Shown: positions 1-11,534 of the stretch, one piece after another
Layout of the letters: each line of letters begins with the position of its first letter
Position numbering within the stretch: position 1 is the first letter of the stretch
Assembly: GCF_002113885.1 (NCBI RefSeq)
Contig: NW_018405595.1
Coordinates: 1,187,123 to 1,251,122 of the forward strand
Length of the DNA stretch: 64,000 nucleotides
Reading direction: 5' to 3'
Source of the DNA: Mizuhopecten yessoensis
Lineage: Eukaryota
Made by a program: the position numbers and the translations under genes
Notes under the pieces: model-generated
Told to the model about the DNA's origin: nothing
What the model saw: the letters and a program-made list of their open reading frames with translations, nothing else
Databases searched by the model: none

Positions 1-639
1 GTATTGCAACAACTATTTTATTGCATTAAGCATTGTACACACAGTTATAAAAGCGTCTGAAGTGGAGCTATGTGCAACAAAATTGAATTTTGGAATGAAC
101 CAACACCTAGGCACTTTATTTGGCAGAAATATTTTATTGATGATCTGTAAAATGAGACAAAGTAGAAAACTGCAAAAAACATCTTAGCAAGAAGGTTCAA
201 GAAATAATTCACCAATGTGGGTAACATTATGGTGACTTTAATTCGTGTAATGAATACAAACCTGTTATATTGCTAACCTCTTTAAATTGTCGTGTTTGTG
301 TATTTGTCATTAAACTGTTGTCACGATGTAGAAGAAAATCAAATATGATCAATTGGCTACGAGTTTTCGATATTTTTACATTTCGATAATTCCTAGACAA
401 CAAATCACAATAACACAGTTCAGTTTGTTAATTTTAACAAGTTTTACTGCTTTTTACTGAACGCATACATATTTAACATATCAAAGCATTATGATTGGAC
501 GCAAGCTATATTCTATATTTAAAACCACTTCCACAAACATTTTCATTACATACAATTAACAGCACGGCCTTACGGGTACTGTATTAATGTGGGTTTTTTA
601 AGGAGAAAAGAGGAAACAACGAAGAAAAAAAGAGAATTG

Positions 640-927
640 ACCCCCTGAGTGCTGATAAGAGACCGTGTGGACAGTTAAATTACTCACACCGAGAGAACAC
701 CAAAGAGAGGAAGAAGAAACAAGAGAATCCCATGTCAATGAACTTCAATATTTATTTTACTATATATTCTCCCGGTAAGAGTAAACCGACTGCCCTCACA
801 GCAACTTATCACATGACCTTATAATATAACCTTAAAATGTACTTATGAACTTCAATAAATATATTGGTGTTCTCTCGGTGTGAGTAATTTAACTGTCCAC
901 ACGGTCTCTTATCAGCACTCAGGGGGT
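640..927. repeat. 64-bp perfect inverted repeat (640-703 / 864-927) with a 160-bp spacer
   Basis: ACCCCCTGAGTGCTGATAAGAG...GAGAGAACACCAA at 640-703 is the exact reverse complement of 864-927. Confidence 0.95.
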
Positions 928-930
928 ATA

Positions 931-1526
931 TGTAGGTAGGTTTCTGTATAGAATTATTCTCTGCTCTGTATATTTGGCACAAATATTGTACCAGGGCTCA
1001 TGTACTAGATTACACGAGGTTATGTCACTATTTGAGGAACTACATGTACAGCAATGTCTTGTCATTAGAGAAATCAGTTGTCTATCAAGAAACAGGAGGA
1101 AACCACAGGATTCTCTGTTTTGTTTCTTTGTAATGATTTTCACTGCAATAACGCTTCGTCTTCTCTGTCCTCAAATATCTTTTCCAAGATTTTCAAGATT
1201 TATTTATTCACTCTCGACACAAAAGGTATTTTACAAGAGGTCAACATCTTAATACATTTTAATAACATGACAATGTGAGTACAGATTGTTTTAAATGTAA
1301 AACGTAGATATATACTGCTACATTATAATATAACTGTCATAACTTGTTCTGCTATATTATCGAATGTCACTTAGAGCCTTAATTGTTTTCTCTAGAAAAA
1401 GCAGGAGTATTACAGCATGATGTACACCATTGTTAACTGTTTAGTGCTGAAAATGAAAAGAGTTCATGAGGTGACGAAAGGTCCACTATAAGGCGCGGTT
1501 TTCCTTAATATTTACCGTACGCTACA
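931..1526. mobile_element. Candidate LTR (about 596 bp)
   Basis: TGTAG...CTACA termini, preceded by purine-rich AGGGGGTATA, and it abuts the broken 3' end of the gag ORF. No TSD and no partner LTR found. Confidence 0.3.
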
Positions 1527-1541
1527 CCTATAGGGCTAACT

Positions 1542-2483
1542 CTATCTGACGAGAAAGGCAAATGTAGCCATGTACAGAGATTTATTTAACCACTGGTCCT
1601 CATTGTCACCGAGATTTATGTAAATACCCCTCCGTATCTGTTCTTCTGAACGTTCGGTGTCATATTTTGGTTTGAGGAGGGATGCCAAATTAACGTACCT
1701 GCCTTCAAATATTTTTTTCCTGCTAGTATCTGACACTATGTCTAGATGCGGTAAGCTTTCTGAAACTTAACCTTGTGTAGTGTACCCACATTGTGTAGTC
1801 CTAGTCACGGTATGGTCCGGTCTTCTCAATGCATCGTAAGCTGTTGAGAGGGTGTATTCCGGCTCCTGAATAGGCGTCGTTGTTTCCCGTCGTCCGTCTC
1901 TTGTTCCTGTGAGAGACATCACCGTCTGTTGAAGACCGAGGACGGTTTGCTGCATACTATGCATAGATGCCAAGACCCCATGAATCACAGAGGAGTCCTG
2001 TTGTGTGGACGCCGCCATGTTTGCACTGCTGTTAACAACTTCCTCTGGAATGTGCTCCGCGGAGTTATATGCTGTATCACTACGCCGCGTAGACTGTGTG
2101 ACTTGCGCGAGTTTTGATGCGTTTCGACTGGATGAAAGCCCCTCCGCGTCAGAATGTAGTTCCCCTGTTCCGACGGAAAGTTGACTACGAAAATCGCCAT
2201 TTCGATCAGTGTCCATGTTTTCGCGATCTGGTAGCGTAGCAGAGTCGGAAAGAATGTTACTTACGGTTTCATTTACTGCAGTAATTAGAGTTTGTCGTCT
2301 CGCGCTGTGTCCCGCGTTTTCGAGGTACATGGCCTTTAAACCCGCTTTCGTAATTCCAGTTGATGGCGCGATTATCCCAATTCGAGCTTACTGTTCTCGT
2401 AACTGAGTTATCGTCCAATTTGCTGGGTTTGTTGAGTCCCAAGGTGTATTTCTATTTGTGGATCTTGGTCGACGACTAGCCAT
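1542..2483 (-). pseudogene. Decayed gag-like ORF1 of a tyrosine-recombinase retrotransposon (DIRS/Ngaro type)
   Basis: One frame runs from ATG 2483 through ORFs 1767..2330 and 1542..1736 with two in-frame stops. It has an N-terminal helix-extension-helix-like motif (PANWTITQLREQ*ARIGI...KAGLKAMYLEN) and SESLPHLDIVSDTSRKKIFEGRYVNLASLL...DQWLNKSL, which I recognise from invertebrate DIRS/Ngaro ORF1 proteins. 3' truncated. Confidence 0.65.
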
Positions 2484-3117
2484 GGTCCCGCGATCGAGAG
2501 GTCGCTACAAGTTGAGGGGATACTAGTCTGATCGTCACTCGATCATATTGTTCTCGTAGGCCTACCCCCTGGACGAAATGCGTCCCTACAATACACGAGT
2601 AGGTATTTAGTTCTTATGTGCTCTTGCTTAGACGTTGTTGTTTCTTCACGGGTCCGCTTATTTTCACAGAAATTAAGTAATTGTTTCAATGTTGACACTT
2701 CAAAATGGTCCCACGTAGAAACGCAATTTACGTTCACACATGATTCACATCCACCTGTAGCTGGTAATATATTCCCAAATGATTGTAGTTGAAACAACAA
2801 TAGTCCGTATTAATTTATATGCGTCTTTCTGCTATAGAGCCTGTGAAAACAATGACCAACTATGCCCCAACCAATCAGAATGCTCTAAAGCGGTTGATCT
2901 ATATTTAGGATTGCCTAACACTACATATCATATTACATGTTTACCTTACACTATATATGATCACATCGTTACCTAATAAACATAAAAATTCTTATGTTAT
3001 ATAAATAGTCCAAAAGTTCTATACAGTGTACTCCCTAAATAATTCTTTCAAATTATGATTTGTAGTCAGTTTAAAACTATTTGTTCATTTAAACCTGGCT
3101 TATTTACATAAGCCTCA

Positions 3118-4856
3118 ACTAACACTATCCATGATACTTGGAAAGGCTATCCCTGCCACATACACCCCCTCAAGGATTCATGACGTCCCGGTATTTAACC
3201 AGATACTGTAATAGAAAACAATGGCATTAGTGATTACATATATGATAAATTCATCCAGGGTTGCTCGACAAAAACATCTAATAGAGAATTGGTGATTCTA
3301 TCAAATGTTGTTGTACTAATCACTCTACCACTACTAATCAACCTCTCCAGAAATGCAGCCTTCTGCTTCCATTCTGGCTCAACAATTTGCTGGGCCATGG
3401 CATACTCATTGGACCTTATCCACGCTGGAGGCTGGCGATTCCTTCTTGGCCTTGCAGAAACTTCTGGAGTGTCTCATATTTCCGAGGAATCTAGGTTAGT
3501 TTCCCTATCACTGACCGTCATCAGCTAACCCAGATTCCTCCTCCTCGACAACATCCTCAGGGTCGTCACCACAAGTCTGCTGTGAGGGTTGATGTTCCGG
3601 TACCGGTTTATGTCCGCTCTCCTCCCTCGCTACTGAGGACCTCTCACCCGCGAGAGGTTCCCGAACGGGAGGGATTACTTCCACTCTGCTATATTCCTCA
3701 TCCTCATCTGTATAATCAGAAACATGATCATCAACTTCTGTGGTAGTCTACTCTACTGTCTCAGATGTCTGCCTTTTTCTTGGTCTGGGTCTTGGTTTGG
3801 GTTTGGGTCTCTCCTTAGGTGTGTGTATCGGGAGATATCCTATGGGAAGCAAATGATTCCTATGCAGTGTTCTCTGACGACCATCAGCTTCACTCTCTAC
3901 CACAAACACGGGATTATCCATGTTTGGCTGCAAGATGACTTGGTAACTCCCATTCTCCCACCTATCGGAGATCTTGTGTTTCCCATCAAATGCTAGTTTG
4001 CGTACAAGTACTCGATCCCCTTCCTCAATGGATGCTCCTCTAGTTTTCAGGTCATAAGAATCCTTTTGACGATTTTGTGTCTTACGCGAAGCTGCTGCAG
4101 CTGCCTTATAAGACCACTTAGGTTTAACCTTAAGGTTCTTCACATATTTAGTCATGGGAACACAGACACTAGCTTCCTCTCTTTCTAGGTCAAAACCCAC
4201 ATCTATGGGCAACCTTGGGTCCCCCCATACATTGTTGCCCATTGGATGATATGGCGACGTTCTGGAATTTTTTTTATCCCTGCTATTCCACATAAATCAG
4301 TTATGACATTGCCTACGAAATTCGCGCCCTGGTCAGAATGAAGTCTCCTTGGAAATCCGAAGTGGAACATGTAAGTTCTGAAAAGATCATCAGCAGTAGT
4401 TTTCGCGGTTTGGTTCTTTGTGGGAAATGCCTGGGCATATCGTGATAACCAATACGTGCTGGTACCCTCCAACTGATGTCTCCTATGTCAGATAGTCCAT
4501 ACATACCAGTTCCATAGGTTGTCGTGATGTTATGCTGACCATGGGAGCTCTGTTCACTGGTGTTTCTCTCCGTAAACATCTTGGACAACCCTTAACCCAC
4601 TCTTCTATGTGGGTAAGCATGTTCGGCCAGTAGAACCTATCCCTGACTAGGCTGACGGTTCGATCCCTTCCAGGATGTCCAACGTCCATGAGGAACTCCT
4701 GGAGTAACCGCTCTCGGTATTCACTTGGAAGGACAAGTTGTCTTCGCTGCTTTCCCTCCACAGTCATTACCCGGTGCAACACTCCTCGATGGAACTCAAG
4801 GTTGGCAAAGTTCTTTGATAAAGCTGCGTTGTCTGGTGTATGCGGAATATCCCTCC
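3118..4856 (-). mobile_element. Gypsy LTR retrotransposon A: decayed integrase, PPT and start of the 3' LTR
   Basis: Frameshifted fragments include the Zn-binding region (GHPGRDRT...RFYWPNM...CPRC), the core (LHSDQGANF, TSPYHPMGN) and the C-terminus (TLHRNHLLP). PPT GAGGGGGTGTA (about 3161-3171) lies directly before TGTGGCAGGGAT (LTR start at 3160). The distal LTR end could not be located. Confidence 0.9.
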
Positions 4857-7400
4857 ACAGGACATACTAGTTTATCAAACAAACCATACACAAGTTTTGG
4901 TGTTAAATTTATATTTTTTTGTAACTGTTTTTCTAATTGAAATAAAGATTTCGAGCCTTGTCCCGATAAAGTTAATTGTGTTTCAGAAAACGACCCACCT
5001 GCAGTAAAAGCAACCCCTAAAAATGAAAACTTCTTAACTATCTGCATCTCATCCTCACCCATGTAAAACCTTAAATTTTCTTGTAATCTTCCTCCTTTCC
5101 TGAACACAATCACTTTAGATTTTTCCACATTAATTTGCAATTTCCACCGTTTACAATAGTCGTTCAAAATAGTCAATCCGTTTTGTAAACCGACACTGGA
5201 GCTAGCTATCAGAGTGATATCGTCAGCATACAATAGTATGAATAATTTAAAAAAATCCAAGTGTTACACCCTCATACCCATTCATAACTAACTCGTGCTC
5301 AAGATCATTTAAATACCTAGCAAACAAAAATGGGGATAAACTTTCACCTTGTTTTACCCCGGTTATGCATTCATACTCTTCTGATATTTCCTTTTTTTAA
5401 TTTTAACTCTAGCTTTAACAGAATCATACAATGATTTCACAATATCAAGCATCTTACCTCTGATTCCTAATTTAATTAACTCAACCACAGATTATCTCGT
5501 ACTACATAATCGAAAGCTTTCGATTATGTACAAAAGAACAAAACATGAAATTAAACCATGTAAAATAAATATATTATCGACTGTACTTTGACCAGCTCTA
5601 AAACCGGCCTGTGCATCTACATACACACTATATTTTTCAGCCCATTTTGTTAACCGACTATTTAAAATCTTTGTAAATAGTTTCCCAACTACACTTAATA
5701 AAGTAACGCCTCTGTAATTACCGACCTCTGATTTCTTACCTTTCTTATGAATAGGTATTACATAACCTTCTGACCAAAGACCGGGGAATTCCCCTTTCTT
5801 AAAATAGCATTGAATAAAACATCCAAATGCGGTAATAAAATGCTACGCCCCCGACTCAAAAACTCATTTAACACTAAATCAGGCCCCACACGTTTCCCGT
5901 TTTTAAGCTGTCCTAAAGCTTCATTAATTTCTCCTCTACTAATATTATCATTGAGCTTATCAAACATTACTTGTAATTCATCTTTCAAATATCTGTCAAC
6001 AAAGTTTACGACATCCTCATCGGGCGTGAAAACTGAATAAACTTTGCGAATTCATCAACACTTATATTTAAATTAGAACCTTTCAAGCATGATTCTTTCA
6101 GTAACTTCCAATACTATTTGGAATTACTGGCTCTAAATTTTAATAATTTTGACGTCTTTGCAGCGTCATACTTTAAACGACATTTCCTGGCCTCTTTTTT
6201 AAACTCGTGCCTCGCCTTTACCATATGAACTATCAGAACTGACCCTTCGGTACAAATTCAATTTGTCGAAAAACAATGACCTTATCTCCTCGCATTTCTC
6301 ACTATACCAAGGGATATTACTCTTCCTTTCATGATTGGTTTTATAATTATTATTAGACCTATAATGAGTGACTTTTGACATGAAAGGGTCAGCTGCTTTA
6401 CACAGGGCTTCGTTAAATTTCTCTAAAGCCTTATTTAAATTGCCCATTTCTTCGTCAGAATTATCAATTAATGTAGTCATTTGAAGTTATAGTGACTGAC
6501 ATTTATCATTACGTAAATTTTGAATGTAGAAGTCTGACATCTCTGGTTTCCACCTATAATATTTTTGTTGTATATCGGTAGACCGAGAAGGGCTCACATG
6601 TGTTATATTCGTAGATAACGAAATAGAAATTGTCATATGATCACTGTATATGTTTGGCAAACCGACCTCGAAATGAGAAAATAAAGGGAACAAACCTGGT
6701 GACGTCAACACATAATCAATTAAACTTTTCCCACGCTGGTTCATAAAAGTGAAATTGCCGATTCCAGCATCCTTACCAATCCTGCCATTTACCATTCTCA
6801 GACCTGACATTTTACAGAAATCAAGAAGTTTATGACCGTTTTCATTCACTCGAGCTAAGTCTAATGAACGACATTATCTACAACGTAGTCGTCATCAACT
6901 GGAATGTAATCACTAGTATCCACCTCTACATAATCAGCACTCTCACCCGTTCTGGCGTTCATATCACCAACAACTATAAAATCACAAGTACCGGCGTTTG
7001 TATTTATAATATTTAAATATAAGTCATACAAGCGATCAAGTGTAACACCATTTGTGAATGACCTTCTGCTGGAGTTTACTGGCAGTATATAACACAAAAA
7101 TAGGTAAACATCATTTTCAAAACCGAAGTAATCTTTAGACAATTTAAGAAAAAATTTGTCGTCAGAATCCTTGTTAACTACTTTAATTCCCCGAGATATT
7201 GTGTCTCTTACATAAATAATTAATCCACCAGAGTCTCGTTTAGTAATTTTTTTACGTATTCTGTTCTATTTAAAGGAAAACATGTAAAATCTGTAACATC
7301 CATCTCCCGTAATGTAGACGACCACGTCAAAAGAATGTCATTTACAAGGAAAAGGTTTTCAAAGAAATCACTGTTGAGCTTGTTACTTCGCTTAGCACAA
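4857..7400 (-). pseudogene. LINE ORF2 (APE endonuclease + reverse transcriptase), multiple stops and frameshifts
   Basis: APE motifs VGDMNARTG, SLIDYVL, YSDH. RT region LKNGKRVGPDLVLNEF, ILLYADD, YCKRWKLQINVEKSKV, FSFLG. Confidence 0.9.
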
Positions 7401-7452
7401 GTTTGATACCAACGTTCTTGCCAACGTGTGCACACGTGTACCCCTCGCATTC

Positions 7453-8351
7453 CTAATCACTGTCCGATGCTCCGCTCCCTGTTGCCGCCATTGGTCCACT
7501 CGGCCGTTTATCCGACCAATCACTTGCTGCCCGTCGCTGTAGTACTCTACTCAACTCAGGTAGCGAATCCCTCACCACCGTGCCGTTCACAATCAACTTC
7601 GCTGGAAATACAATCTTCGCTTCATTCTTACCCCTTTTTGCCATCATTAGATCCCCCAATAGTTCCTTTCTAGCTGTCTGAATTTCTCTGGGATAATCTC
7701 TTCCTATACCGAAACCTGTATCTTTAAGTGCTTTTACCTCAGACATGATTTTCTCGGTGTCATTGTAATCACGGAAACCTGATATAAGTGGGCGTGGCTT
7801 TAAATTGACCTGTCCATCACCACATCCACGTGCAGGCTTGCCTACTCTATGAGCTCTCTGAACTTCAGATTATTTTTAATAAAATTGCGAACCACTTCAG
7901 CACCATTTTCACCCTCTGAGTATGAAATTCCATAAAACAGCAAATTGTTTCGTCTGCTTCTCGCCTCCATGTCTATAGCTCTATACTCCACATATTTCAT
8001 TCTGTCCTCTAAATTACCGATAACCTCCTGAATATTCTCAATGTCATCTACTGCCGTATCTACTCGTTTACTAACCTTACTCAAGGTGTTCTCAATCCCG
8101 TCCAGTTTCATTAGTTTCCCCATCATTAAGCTTAACTTTTCATCCACCGAAGGAGACTCAAACTTTGACAAATCCAAACCAGTGTCCACTCTGCCACCCC
8201 CTGTGCTATTTCTTTGTCGTTTTGACTTGACCGTTGTAAAATCATCGTGGCCATTTTGTTCACCTGTCTCGCTGGTTAGCTCTTGTCCGTGTCGAAAGAA
8301 ATCAAAAGTTCCACATTCACTGTTGGTAACTGGACTAAGATCCTCTTCCAC
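7453..8351 (-). pseudogene. LINE ORF1 (coiled coil + RRM-like + CTD), frameshifted near 7850
   Basis: A coiled-coil region is followed by DMEARSRRNNLLFYGI, then GIGRDYPREIQTARKEL...AKIVFPAKLIVNG, typical of LINE ORF1p. Confidence 0.8.
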
Positions 8352-8703
8352 CTCTCACACGTTATCCCTGCCTTCTACCACTCATTTTCTGTACGTTTTT
8401 AGTTACTTTAGTACAGATTATTAAAGAAAAGTTAAAAGCGCTCATGATCTAATGTGTTATCACTGCCATGTACCGTGACGTCATAAATCCTATGTATTAC
8501 AACACATGACATTAACGTTCATAAGCTGCGAAACATGGTGAGCTGTTTATGTGGCACTAAGTTCAACTTTTGCAGACAGAATAAGGTTTATCCCCCCCCC
8601 CCCCCCCAGTTTTTTCCAGTATAAACTGCAAGTCTTTACAGCATGCACTGCAAGTCTGATACAGCAATCGCATGTCGGGTTGATGGATTTATCAAGCGCC
8701 TCT

Positions 8704-8721
8704 GTCCCTACGTGGGCGCCA
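8704..8721 (-). promoter_or_regulatory. Primer-binding site, tRNA-Lys-like
   Basis: TGGCGCCCACGTAGGGAC lies one base after the LTR's terminal CA and matches the tRNA-Lys(UUU) PBS TGGCGCCCGAACAGGGAC at 14/18. Confidence 0.75.
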
Positions 8722-8722
8722 A

Positions 8723-9791
8723 TGAAACAGGGATGGGATTTGGGCAGAGGCGTTACAACAAACACGTTCTTGGTTTCCATTCGTTTAATTATCCCATTTC
8801 TGGACATCAGACACGCTGGATGAATTTACACCCTACAAGAACACAATGACAAACGTATAGGAAACATGCAGTAGATACCCCCTTGTTACTAAAACATTAC
8901 ACTGTACCTATTACAAGGTATCATATCATTATCTGTATAGTTACTTTTATTATTTATCATTAGTCATATTTCATACTTATGATTTATTTCACAATATCTT
9001 TACTGATTTCATTGACTTTATATAACAATGCTCATGGACAAAATAGACTTTATAACCTATTAAACTGGCTAATATATTACACATTACTTAGACCAATAAC
9101 ACATATCATTTGTAATATACATTATTTATATTATATATAACTGTAATGAACTTACTCTTTCAATGTGACAAGGGTTTATAACTGCAGGCGAGTCTGAACA
9201 AATAACCAACGACTCTTTACAGTAACATCGTAGTATGTAATTGATTTAGTCTGATATATTTACATTATCGTTAAAATAGAAATAGAAAGAAGTTATTTCG
9301 AATTTCCAAATATTCACAGAGCATATAGCATGAATATTACTCAGTACATCTATAAAGTACACTATAATAGTTACTCAAAATATCTCATACTAATTTGGAG
9401 AGTTAATACCATCTGTTTTACATTAATTTTGAACATATTAACTCCTACCTTTTCTATATGGTCAACCCCTCCACATGTCTGTCATTCACTCAGGTGAAAT
9501 GCATGGGCAGATAAGAAAGGTCACAGGTAAGTATGGGGTTACAGGTCACAAACAGGTCACAGGTTACAGAACAAAACATAAACAAAAGCACATGGCACTG
9601 AACAACTGACACATGGACAATGACACTGAACAAGACTAGATACTACAAACAATACATGTACACCTGAACAAACAAGACATAATTACATATTAAACTCCAC
9701 TAATATTACTTCATTCATCCACCTTTCAATAAACATTATAAATTAATTACTAACACTATCCATGATACTTGGACAGGCTATCCCTGCCATA
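8723..9791 (-). mobile_element. 5' LTR (1069 bp) of a Gypsy element
   Basis: Imperfect terminal inverted repeats TGAAACAGGGAT / ATCCCTGCCATA and an adjacent PBS. Its first 43 nt are 41/43 identical to the LTR start at 3118-3160. Confidence 0.8.
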
Positions 9792-9900
9792 TGTATATCC
9801 CGAAACTTTGATAATTACTGTCATAATTCCTGCTGAGGATACACATTTATACTGTCTATATTTGTCCATCATCCAATGATGTAATAAGCGACATAACCTT

Positions 9901-9999
9901 ACTACCACACAGGTTTAGGTGACCTATTGACTGACTACCACACAGGTTTAGGTGACCTATTGACTGACTACCACACAGGTTTAGGTGACCTATTGACTG
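9901..9999. repeat. Three perfect tandem copies of a 33-bp unit
   Basis: ACTACCACACAGGTTTAGGTGACCTATTGACTG x3. Confidence 0.95.
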
Positions 10000-10608
10000 T
10001 CTTTCATTGACGTATTTCCCTGGATTCTGGTCTGGTGATATTTTGTTGAATATTTTTTTTCTTCCTTTTCTTGTGGCATTGATTAGCCCAACTACAATAT
10101 TAATCAATTACAGCCTTTTTATGAGGTCAATACATGCGTGGTCATTCTAATCTAGATGTAAGAAAACAAAGGTTTCTTACAATGTTGGAATTTTTATAAT
10201 GTGTAAAATTCTAATAACCTCCCCTTGTTAAAGGGTTATGCCCCCTTGTTTTAAAAAACTCTGTCCCACTCCTTCAGGTATATCACCGATTTTAATTAAA
10301 CTCAGTTTGCAGAGCCATTATAAAAAGGGGATGTGAATAATGCCTATAAATTGGAGCTACCTCCATTATTTATGGAGCTATGCCACTTCATTTAAAATGG
10401 TTTTCAAAAGAACTATTCCTGCAGTTCTTCACACAGGCAGGTAATAAGTCTGCCAATCTGGCAACAGTCTTAGCAATTCAGGGCTAGAAATTAAATTTTA
10501 AAACCGTTAGTCTGTCGTGCTAGTAGTTTCCAATTTTACTAATAGTCCAGGTGTAAATTCCACTTACCCAATATTATTAACATGGTTATACCAAATTTAA
10601 TTATTCCA

Positions 10609-11256
10609 TCAGGCTAGCGTTTTTGCAGCCTCCCCTAACTTCTGATGTGCCACCTGAAAAGACTGGCGCATAGTCTGTTGCGGCCAGCTTACATATTTAC
10701 TTGTACAATAGTCAGGGTCATCTTCCGGTACACCCACCATAATGTCTAATGGACAGTCTGTCTCCCTACCTAACATCAACACATTGGGACTATACCAAGT
10801 ACTAGAGTGTTGTGTAGCTCTATAGGCCATTAAAACATATGGCAACTGATCATCCCAGTCTGTATAGTTCTACTTTACAAAAAAAAAGATAGCATCTGTA
10901 ACAAGGTTCTGTTGAATCGTTCAACTAACCCGTCTGACTGGGGCCAATATGGTGTTGTCCGTGTCTTTTCTATTCCCAGTTTTGCTGCCAAACAAGAAAA
11001 TAACTCGCTCTCAATTTCCTTCCCCATGTCACAATGAATTTGGCGAGGTACCCCAAAACGACTAAAAAATGCAGAACACAGCTTGTCTGCCACAGTAAGG
11101 GCTGTATGATCTGAGACATCATATGCATCAACCCACTTTGTGAAGTAATCACACACTACGATGATATACTGATTGTTGTTATCCGTTTCAGGTAGACCTC
11201 CAAGAATATCAATGGCTATACGATCCATAGGCCGATACACATGAGCTATGGAGGAC
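10609..11256 (-). pseudogene. Gypsy element B, integrase catalytic core (3' truncated)
   Basis: PMDRIAIDILG...CDYFTKW...QIHCDMGKE...TTPYWPQSDGLVERFNRTL, then LMAYRATQHSST. Confidence 0.93.
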
Positions 11257-11452
11257 TTAAAGGTAAACGAAATCCAAAACCAAAAAGTAATTGCCGATTG
11301 TGCCAAAGTGTCATAAAATTATCACTAAAAAAGTAATAAGTGCATTTCGCACATGTTTTGATAGTTATGTAAGTTTATTGCCTTTTTCAAAAAATGCTGT
11401 TTTCAAGTCGATCTCGTAAATCGCGAAGTATTGACCAATTTATCTCCCTTGA

Positions 11453-11477
11453 CTGTGACGTCATATGCGACAAGCGC
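11453..11477 (+). promoter_or_regulatory. Left subterminal repeat with CRE palindrome, upstream of the transposase ATG
   Basis: CTGTGACGTCATATGCGACAAGCGC matches the reverse complement of 19594-19618 at 21/25. Function is inferred. Confidence 0.55.
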
Positions 11478-11534
11478 TTTCGTGGCATAGATTCTGCGCC
11501 TTTTGACAGAGGATGTAAACAAACGCCTGTCAAA

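Larger units (their letters stand above)
4857..8485 (-). mobile_element. Decayed APE-type non-LTR retrotransposon (LINE), 5' end present, 3' end deleted
   Basis: ORF1 and ORF2 fragments occur in the expected order on the minus strand. The 5' boundary is approximate and the clade is not determined. Confidence 0.88.

Noticed and set aside
641-703. Penelope-type hammerhead ribozyme (CTGATAAGAGACC...)
   Set aside because: The core is not CUGANGA and no GAAA follows the putative stem II.
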